From: Reclinomonas americana ATCC 50394
Taxonomy: Eukaryota
Direction of reading: 5' to 3'
Assembly (NCBI GenBank): GCA_048213135.1
Contig: PS015720.1
Location: 11,810-44,047 of the forward strand
Length of the DNA stretch: 32,238 nt
Below the pieces are notes generated by a model, which was given only the letters and a program-made list of their open reading frames with translations, was not told the DNA's origin and did no database searches. Positions 1-15,121 of the stretch are shown one piece after another; the stretch's first letter is position 1, and every line of letters begins with the position of its first letter. The translations under genes were made by a program, and so were the position numbers.

Positions 1-6110
<6,110 letters not shown>

Positions 6111-6241
6111 CCTTTCATGTTTTAACACTATTAACTCGCACGCCCGCGCCCTGGGCTTGCTGTGTACTTTTTCTAAACCACCCCCAACCAAGCATTAAAT
6201 GATATCGTTTGCTGTTATTGATGATTGATTGTTGGGCAAAA

Positions 6242-9200
6242 TTAGATTGCGAAATGTCGAGCTGCTGTGCTTCCGCCAAACGACGATCGGCTGCGCAATC
6301 TTTGCAGCACGGGCGCAGAGCCAGCGATTGCTGTTGCTGCTGGCGCTGGCGCCGGCTTCAAACCGGGTGAGCCCATCGAACCGCGCGACAAACTCGAGCC
6401 GGTGCGCATGAGAACACTGGCGACGGTTCCGGATCGCTTCACCAACTCTGGTCGAGTCAGTGAGGAGGCGCGCCGAGCCATCAGCAAATTGCTGTTGCTG
6501 CGAGTCTTTGCCAGGGACTCGGCCAATCGGAAGACATCATCGGCTGCCGGGTCGCTTGTCGGATCCCTTTGCCCGGTGGCCACCGAGCTCCGGGAGCGCT
6601 GGCGCTGCAGCCGACCGGCCTCGATGCGATGCCGATCGTCGATGCACCGCTGGCGCAACAATTCACGCTCGACTGGCCCGAGGCCTGAGGCGCCGTCGTA
6701 CTGTGCGCCCGACAATTCCAGTCGATACCCCTCGGTGCTCCACAGCAAGCGCGCGTGCGGGATAAAGAGGCTCGGCAGCGATCGATCAGCTGGTGTGGTA
6801 TTCGCCGCGTGCGCCGCCACTCGCAACGCCGCGCTAATGTCCCAGCAGCGCACGGTGCAGTCCTCACCGCCCGTGTACAGCATGCTGTCGTTGTCGAGTG
6901 CCAGAGCCATGGTGTTGATCTCCTGCGGCGTCACGAGCAGAGTGCCGCATGAGCGGCACTGCGAGCCAGTCGAGAGGTCGAATAGTCGCACAGTGCGATC
7001 CGCACTGTACACACGAGTGTCAGTGCGCATCTGATGCACGGGAGAATGCAGGTAGGTAGGGTGCGTACCTGCCGGTGAGGAGCCATCGACCACATCGTGA
7101 GTACACCACCGCTCGAACTTCGTCGGTATGCGCTCTCTTGGCTCGGAACAGAGCATCGCCAGTGGCCGCCGACCAGAAGCGGATGCTCTTGTCCCAGCTG
7201 CCGGCGGCAACCAGTGCGACTGAATCGGGAGAGAAGGCAATCGCCAGCGCCTGGCGAGTGTCGGCACGCAGCGCTTGTCGGCACGAGTACGTCTCCGTGT
7301 CCCTGTGTACCAGAAGGTGTGCGGATCAGTGCACACCGACAATAAAAAAAAAATACATGCAATGAGTGTGCACGTGAGAGCGGCGAACCAGATGCGAACA
7401 GTGGCGTCCTTGCTGGCCGACGCTATCCATTGACCGTTCGGCGAGTACGCCACATCCATCACCCAGTCCGAGTGACCGCCACTCATCGCATCCATGACGG
7501 CGACTTCCTCGTGACGTGCCACCGACCACACACGCACGGCACCGTCCGAGCCGCCAGACAGCACAAACTGGCCGTCGGGTGCAAATCGCACGCTGCGCAC
7601 GTGAAGCAGCAATTGGTCAGACAACTATTCAACTGCAGAGTGAAACTCACGATACGCACCAGTACACACGGCCTGCGTGCCCGCGAAGTGACCAGATGGC
7701 CTGCCCATTCAGCACGTTCCACAGACGCACCATGCCGTCGTCGTACCCGGCCACTGCTGTGAGCTGATTTGGTGCGCACTCGATGGCATTGACGCGACCG
7801 CCATGGCTCTGTTCCCGAATGACGCGGACCAATGCACCAGTGGCTGTCTTCCACACTCGAATCGAGCCGTCCCAGCTGCACGACACCGCCAGACGCCGAT
7901 CACACGTCAACGACACGGCACGCACGGGGCCCGTGTGTCCCTCTCCTCGCGTCACAGTTTCTCCACCAAACAAATCATGCAGCCGCACAGTCTTGTCCTC
8001 GGAGCCCGACACCAGAATGCTGCCATCGTGCGAAAAGGTGACACTGGTACGTGCAGACAATATGTCAGAGAATACACATACATGCAATGCAGTCTATCAG
8101 TCGGGGCCTTGCGTACCAGTTGACAGTGTCGGTGTGCGTCTCGATGGTGGTGATCAGACGACCGGTACCAGTGGACCACAGTCGAATCGTGCGATCGCTG
8201 GCTGCCGTGCCCACAAATCCATCGACCGCAAACTGAATATCGTGCACCGCACCTGTGTGTCCCTCCAATCGCGTGCGCACAGTGGCCACTGTGCCGACGG
8301 TGCCCGAATGCTGCAATTCCACACTCGTATCCCACAACATTACCAAGCTGCGGTATGTGTNNNNNNNNNNNNNNNNNNNNNNNNNNNNNNNNNNNNNNNN
8401 NNNNNNNNNNNNNNNNNNNNNNNNNNNNNNNNNNNNNNNNNNNNNNNNNNNNNNNNNNNNNNNNNNNNNNNNNNNNNNNNNNNNNNNNNNNNNNNNNNNN
8501 NNNNNNNNNNNNNNNNNNNNNNNNNNNNNNNNNNNNNNNNNNNNNNNNNNNNNNNNNNNNNNNNNNNNNNNNNNNNNNNNNNNNNNNNNNNNNNNNNNNN
8601 NNNNNNNNNNNNNNNNNNNNNNNNNNNNNNNNNNNNNNNNNNNNNNNNNNNNNNNNNNNNNNNNNNNNNNNNNNNNNNNNNNNNNNNNNNNNNNNNNNNN
8701 NNNNNNNNNNNNNNNNNNNNNNNNNNNNNNNNNNNNNNNNNNNNNNNNNNNNNNNNNNNNNNNNNNNNNNNNNNNNNNNNNNNNNNNNNNNNNNNNNNNN
8801 NNNNNNNNNNNNNNNNNNNNNNNNNNNNNNNNNNNNNNNNNNNNNNNNNNNNNNNNNNNNNNNNNNNNNNNNNNNNNNNNNNNNNNNNNNNNNNNNNNNN
8901 NNNNNNNNNNNNNNNNNNNNNNNNNNNNNNNNNNNNNNNNNNNNNNNNNNNNNNNNNNNNNNNNNNNNNNNNNNNNNNNNNNNNNNNNNNNNNNNNNNNN
9001 NNNNNNNNNNNNNNNNNNNNNNNNNNNNNNNNNNNNNNNNNNNNNNNNNNNNNNNNNNNNNNNNNNNNNNNNNNNNNNNNNNNNNNNNNNNNNNNNNNNN
9101 NNNNNNNNNNNNNNNNNNNNNNNNNNNNNNNNNNNNNNNNNNNNNNNNNNNNNNNNNNNNNNNNNNNNNNNNNNNNNNAGCGAATGTACGCTGGCCTCGT

Positions 9201-12200
9201 GGCCCTGCAGTTGTCGCTCCTCTTGACCGGTGATGTAGTTCCACAGCACAATGAGGCAGTCGGCACTGGCGGAAGCCAGACGTGTCGAAGACGGGTTGGG
9301 GTCGTACAGAACGACGAGCACACTGTCCTCGTGGGCGCACAGGGTTTTGCCGCACGCCGCTTCACTGAGTTGCCAGATGCGCACCTTGCCGTCGTGGCAG
9401 GCTGTTGCCACCTCGGCGCCTGCAGTAATGAACAGGGTGAGCGACAAAAGTCAGACTCTCAGTGCGGAGTACACACACACACGCACCGTCTGGCGACATG
9501 TCAATGTCGTGCACACTGTTGGGATGCAACAGGCACGGCAACTCCTGGAACTCTGCGTCGTCCATGTGCGCGTTGCAGAGGGAGGCGTGGCGGAGAATGG
9601 CATTGTGGAAAATTACGCCCTCCAAGTGTGCGTCGTCCAACACCACCGAGTCCATCATGGCGTGCGACAGGTCGGCGTCGCGAATTGAGACGCCATGCAG
9701 GTCGTGCCCGGCAAACGAGAAGCGCGCAATGTTGAGAATGGTAATGGCGTTGGCCGCTGTCATTTCCAGCTCCGGGTGCTCCCTCGACGCCACAACGAGC
9801 TCGTACAACTTTTCCGTAATGTGTCGATCCCACTGCGCCTGCTCTGCCAACAATCGCAGCACTGGCATGTGATCGGTGAGCACGTGCTGGTTGACGTCGT
9901 GGGTGAGCAGCTGCCGGCTGCGGGCGTCCTCGAGCTCCGCCGAGGTCACATTGGCGGCCTCCGGATCAATGACAAAGTCCATGCACATGTCCAGCAGCTC
10001 TTGCGCGGCGCAGTACTCGAGCACACACTTGTGTAGGAAACAGAAGCCGTCGTCGCCTCGGTCACGCAGCAGGTACTGCCAGAACAAAAAAGGTGTGAGC
10101 ATCATCGTGGCGGCTTCCGGTGCTGTAGCAGGTGACAGAGCGTACCTGGCTGAGAACAAAAGTTGCGTCGGGGTTGTGGCGGGCAGCATCCGACTGTCGC
10201 CACAGGCGCACGCAGCGACCGGGGCGGATGAAGGTGAGATCCTTGAAGAGCATAAAGGAGGCCAGGTGCTTGCAGAATGCCAGTCGCTGCTGGACTGCGC
10301 GCGGGCTAAATATCTATTGCACACACACACAACACCACATGGTCAACAACAACACCAACAACAACAACAATGCGAAAACTTATACTATGGCAGAACGCAC
10401 CCCTGCAGTGCGCAGCTCCGTCTCAATGTGGCGTTGAACGAATTCGCGGAACACGTCGCTGAGCTGCACGCGTACAATATCGTGCGTGGACGACAGCGCG
10501 AAGCGATCCATGACGCGTACTAGCATCGACAAGGTTAGCGGCTAGACATACACACATGCTTGAGTCAGCGACCAGTGAGAGAAGCAGAACGCAGCCAGCA
10601 CAGCTCACCACTTGAGTCAATGGCAACAGGCCTGGCGTGTTGTCGATACGACGACGGTACTCGTCGGCGGAGTGCCACAGTGCAAACGGTCTGCTGGACA
10701 CGTAGCGCTGTAAGAACTCATCGACCTGCGACGTCGTCAGCGGCTGCAAGATGCAGTGCGCCAGCCGCGGACGAGAGGCGGAGGAAATGGAGTGAGACTG
10801 CGGCGGCGGATGTGGCAGGTGTGATGGTCGTGTCGCGGGCTCCACCGGCTCGAAAGTCATCTGATACTGGCGCCCGAGATGCTCCCGAATGTACTCGGAG
10901 CGGCAACTGACAACCATCTTCAGCTTCCACTTGTTGAGCTGGTTGACCGCAAACAAATTGGGTGGCTCCATGCCGGCCAAGTCGTCAAACGAGTCGGCCA
11001 GCAGCAGGAACTGATGCTTGTGTCGGAGCGTCTTGATGTCGGCGTCGCTGAAGCCGTGTCGATGCAGAATGCAAGGCATCAAGTTGCCGTGCAGGTCATC
11101 GTCGTCAATGTTGGAGAGTTGCACGGCGAGCGGAATCGCCGACGAGTGGTTGGAGAGGCGATAGGAGTGCCAGGCGTCGCGCTCGGCACGCCGCAGAAGC
11201 GTGCTCTTGCCGGAGCCAGCCGCGCCCATCAGCAGCAGCACGCGGTCCTCCATGTTGCCGTCGCTGACAAACTCATTCAGCAAGTCCATGGCCTTGGCCT
11301 GGCGGTCGTCAAACGGACCGCGTGTGCCGTGCAGCGCCAAGTCCAGGTCGAGATCCAGATCGGCGGCGCTGCCAACATCGTCGGCCACCTGCCACCGTGC
11401 GTGCATGGCGGCAATCTTTTCCTCCACGGTGCGCACGATTTCCACCGGGGCCTCCGGTCGCACCAATGGTGGCGCAGCCGCGGCAGCAGCAGCAGCCTCA
11501 TCGGCAGCGGCGGCGGCAGTCGCAGAAGCGTCGTCGTCTTCGTCGTCAACAACGGTGTCTGCGGTCACCGAGGGCACACCCTCGAGTGGAGTCATGGGCG
11601 GCTGCAGCGACGACGAGGACCCAGAGGAGGAGAGTGCGCCCGCCGACGACACCGACTGGAGAAGCGACGAGAGTGCCAGCGGTGGTGGTGAATTCGGTGG
11701 TGACGATTCGGCGGCCAGCGAGCGCGGCTGGATGCGAGTTGGAGTGTCGGCGATCGACGAAGACCAGATGCCATCGTCAACGCGCGGAGGTGTACCCTGC
11801 AACACCAGCGCTCGATGCCGGCGTGGTGTAGAGTCCGGGATAGCGTACGCAATCGGTTCGTCGTCCGCGGTCCCCTCGTCTCCTGCATCCTCCCTGCTGG
11901 TGGTGTTGTTGTTGTTGCCGTAGGTGTAGTTGCCGCCACTGATGTGCATGTCGCCGTCGGCCAGTGGCACAATGTCGTCCTCGAAAGCAACCGAGCTGCG
12001 TCGTCGTTGTCGGCGGGAAGGAGTGACGGCGGTGGTGGCGGTGGTGGCGGTCACTGGCACGCCTGCCACTGACACATGCACGTCATTGATGCTCGTCTCC
12101 TCGCCGCTCGTGGTGGTGGTGTCGCCACTGGCCGTCTGCTGTGAAGAGCGGCCGACGCGGCGAGCGCGCAATGCCTGCACACCCACTGGTGACATGGGGA

Positions 12201-12797
12201 GCGATTGTCGCCGATACGGGGTGCCTCGTTGTTGCTGCTGCTGCTGCTGTTGTTGCTCCTGAGAAGCAGGCGTGGTCGCCGGCGACTCGGGATTTTCCGG
12301 GGCAGACGGCGCCGCAGTGGGTACATCTGTCGGATCCCCACTGTTCATGTGGTGCAGTAGAACTGGTGTGCCCACTCGCTCAGTGGAAATCGAGCTCCCT
12401 GACGACACTGTGCGTGCAAGAGAGGGAGAGAGAGAGAGAGGCACATCAAGTGCGTAAGCCGTGTGTGAGCTTCTCGTGCACACACGCACCAAACTGACAT
12501 GACAGCGACGATTACTCAAACGTAACATGTGCGCAAGTTGCCGATCGACACGGGTGACCCTGTTCCAGCATAACTCACATATCGTCGGTGACCAGCAGCA
12601 GGCTGCTCGTACAGCTGCGGTGTGCCGTTGCCTGCAGGCACCACCTCGTGCAGGTGCTTCAAGGCGGAAGGAGCAGTGGCAGCAGGGAGAGGATTCAGGG
12701 GAGGAAGAGGAGGAGGAGGAGGCGCGTGCGTCGCGACCAGTGGTCGCGACACGCAGCAGCCACCACCGCGCAGACGCATCACGTGTCGTGGCGCCAT
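6242..12797 (-). CDS. NLR-like STAND protein: disordered N-terminus, NACHT-type NTPase, helical/winged-helix region, pentapeptide repeats, WD40 propeller(s), conserved C-terminal tail motif
   Basis: Walker A LLLMGAAGSGKS (~11203-11238); Walker B FLLLADSFDDL (~10979-11011); sensor VVSCRSEY; winged-helix FLHKCVLEYCAA (~10005-10040); AANAITILN followed by pentapeptide repeats (9537-9757); many WD40 repeats (GHTGAVHDIQF...IRLW, SGSEDKTVRLHD, SASKDATVRIW, TGGEDCTVRCWD). Phase-consistent exons: 12797-12579, 12493-12490, 12407-10609, 10541-10401, 10313-10146, 10075-9487, 9419-gap, then further exons to the stop at 6242. Confidence 0.9.
8361..9178. other. Assembly gap inside the WD40 repeat region
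   Basis: Ns in sequence, with WD40-coding sequence on both sides. Confidence 0.99.
9537..9757 (-). repeat. Pentapeptide-repeat segment within the NACHT-WD40 gene
   Basis: Translation FAGHDLHGVSIRDADLSHAMMDSVVLDDAHLEGVIFHNAILRHASLCNAHMDDAEF shows A(D/N)Lxx-type 5-residue periodicity. Confidence 0.85.
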
Positions 12798-13054
12798 TTG
12801 TTGTTGCGCAGCAGGGGTGTAGGTGAGCACCGAAAAGGGGGAGATGAATGTGACGCGAACTTGCACAAGACGCTTCTGTCTTTTCTCGCCCAAACAAAAA
12901 TCGATTTTGCACTCGACCGTTGAAGCTAGCGAAGCAGACCTGAATCGTGCATCGGATTCGTGGTGGTCACGGCGTCAGCGGCTCATCCTCCTCTTCGCCG
13001 TTCAGCGACGGTGAACTGCACTCCTCGATGCTCGTGCGAACAGCGGCTTCTGAT

Positions 13055-13075
13055 TGTGAGTCGCGCGCGAAATTA
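13055..13075 (-). promoter_or_regulatory. E2F-like promoter motif (TTTCGCGC within TAATTTCGCGCGCGACTCACA on the - strand), about 260 bp upstream of the NACHT-WD40 start
   Basis: Matches the E2F consensus TTTSSCGC. A near-identical copy lies at 14642-14663 and a related one at 24558-24572, all intergenic. Confidence 0.4.
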
Positions 13076-13302
13076 CTGTATGGTGCCCAATTGCAAGGTT
13101 TGCCCAAAGGTTTACCGCACTCACCCTCCCTCCTCTGTCGTATTGTCATCACCCCATGCGGCTGACGAAGTAGCAAGCATTTCGAGCTTTCAATTCATCG
13201 CAAATGGCAGACTCCCCAAAAAAACAACACTACAAAACACACATAATAATCATCATCTTCACATCAAAAGGAAAAAAAGAAGGCGCAAAGCACCCAGCCT
13301 CG

Positions 13303-14519
13303 TCAGAACACCATCTCCATCGAGGGGGGTGCGGCTGTCGAGGATGAAGTTGCCGAGGTGGACGTCGTGGTGCCACCGGCAACGTGCGCGAGCGGCACAG
13401 ACAGCTTNNNNNNNNNNNNNNNNNNNNGTGAGCACACACAAATGGAGGGAGTGATACAACGCCACCAACAAACCGTCGCTCCTTCTTGTACTCCTTCTCA
13501 TCGTCTTCCGTGGCGAACACGGCGGGCGGCGGGCGGGCCAAGAAATCACGAGCCTCGTCCAGCTTCTCCGTCTCGGAGATACCGCGCTTCCTGTTTGTGT
13601 GTGACAAGTGTCATTAGCATCAACTCCGAACAAACAAACAAACAAACTCACAGACAAAACTCACCGCTTCAGCGGCGGCTGCTCGACCTTGACACGCGCC
13701 GCGGCAGCCATGGCAGCAGGTGACGCGCGAGCACGAGCCTTGAACATGACCGGCTGCACAAAAAAAAAAGAAAAAACGGTTCCGATGAGCGGGAAAAAAT
13801 CCTCGCAATGCTCGCGACTGAAATGGGTGAAAACGCACCTTCTGATCCTCGCAGCTCATGTACTGCTGCTGCTGTTGCTGCTGCTGGTGATGGTAGTAGG
13901 CGGCAGCAGCGGCGGGGTTGGCGTGGAGCGACCAGTCAATCGCGCCAAACGAGACCGATTCCGGCGGCATGTAAACTGCCTGCTGCTGCTGCTGCTGGTG
14001 CTGCGGCACAGGCAGCGGCGGCGGCGGCACCTGCTGCTGCTGGAAGTGCACCGGCACCTGCGCACCACTAAAGTGGTTCTGCTGCTGCTGGTGGTGCTGA
14101 TGGTGCAGCTGCGGCGACGACACGGGCGACGACGACGAATCGGCGTCTGACACGGCGGCGCTGTCGGGCGACGACGACGGCAGCACGTGGTGGTGGTGGT
14201 GATGCTGTTGGTGGAAGCGGTGGTCACACGGAGCCGACTGCTGGTGTTGCCCCGCAAATCCCACGACCGCGGGATACCCAGAGGAACCGGCAGCGGCCGC
14301 AGCGGCCGCAGCAGCAGCCGCAGCAGCACCAGCGCCTGCGTTCATGGGCTGTGCGTAGCTCTCAAAGTACGCATCACTGTCGTCGTGTTGGTGGTGGCTG
14401 TGGTGGTTGTGATGATGATGATGAGGGGAGCAGGGAGCAGAGGGCGGATCAAAGGCGTCCAGGTCGACCTCGCCAAAGGCCGTGGAGAAGACCTCGTGCG
14501 AGGAGAAGAGAGCGTCCAT
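13303..14519 (-). CDS. Probable bZIP-type transcription factor with a His/Gln/Ala-rich N-terminal region; basic-zipper core presumed inside the 20-N gap
   Basis: Phase-consistent exons 14519-13839, 13753-13665 and 13590-13474 give ...VKVEQPPLKRKRG...ATEDDEKEYKKERR, resembling the lead-in to a bZIP basic region (EEKxxKRxRR-xxxNRxSA). After gap 13408-13427 a frame reads KLSVPLAH...MEMVF* (stop 13303-13305). The diagnostic N-x7-R motif and leucine heptads are not visible. Confidence 0.5.
13408..13427. other. Assembly gap (20 N, true size probably unknown)
   Basis: Ns in sequence. Confidence 0.99.
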
Positions 14520-14641
14520 TGTGGTGAAAGAGGGCACGCTCGGAAAACGGTTGTGCGTTGGTGTGTATTGTGTGGCGGGCGAGGTGTGCGCGCGGCGAGG
14601 CGAAAAGTAAAATTGACCCCTGCCACGCGGCAGACTAAAAA

Positions 14642-14663
14642 TAATTTCGCCGCGCGACTCACA
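14642..14663 (+). promoter_or_regulatory. Second copy of the shared upstream motif (TAATTTCGCCGCGCGACTCACA), about 125 bp upstream of the bZIP-like start
   Basis: Reverse complement of 13055-13075 apart from one inserted C. Confidence 0.4.
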
Positions 14664-15121
14664 CGAATTGTTCGGATTTTGGTCGTTTTCTCGTTGCATC
14701 TCTCTGTCTCACACACTGCTTGTCATGTTATCAATTTAAAGTAGAAGGGAGGAAGGAGTAGCAGATTCACCATCAGGTGTTGTCTGCTGCCTGTTGTTGT
14801 CCGCGATTCGGCGAAGCAGCTGATGCATTTTGCCCGCGGTCGGCCCGCGGGTTTTCCGGGATAGGAATTGCGGCAGAATGCGCGCCGCTCCATTCTTGTC
14901 GTCGCCTGCTTCCTCTGTCCCAGGATGACGGGGATTCTGCGGATGGAAGGGCGTCTGGGAGAATGCCCCTTTCAGTTGCTCCCAGTGAGGGCGGCGGCCG
15001 ATCATGAGCGATACGGACGGTGCACCGCGTGGCGAATCGTGGCACCCAGCGAGAAAACAAAACAGACGCGGAGAAACGGCGGGGGGAACGCTGCGCAGCG
15101 GTCGAGGAATCCATTGTACCT

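Noticed and set aside
7783-9735. Long + strand ORFs (650 aa etc.) across the gap
   Set aside because: Inflated by N runs and antisense to the WD40/pentapeptide exons.
6242-12797. Bacterial (endosymbiont) contamination explaining the NACHT-pentapeptide-WD40 gene
   Set aside because: The gene contains numerous canonical spliceosomal introns and matches the style of its eukaryotic neighbours.
12798-12912. Upstream starts of ORFs 10423-12912 and 12516-12893 as the NACHT gene start
   Set aside because: They read through intron-like (CT-repeat) or UTR-like sequence; the ATG at 12797 plus phase-consistent splicing is more coherent.
13055-14663. DNA transposon/MITE defined by the inverted repeat pair
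   Set aside because: No target-site duplication and no transposase seen, and a third related copy sits in another promoter. Kept only as a less likely alternative.
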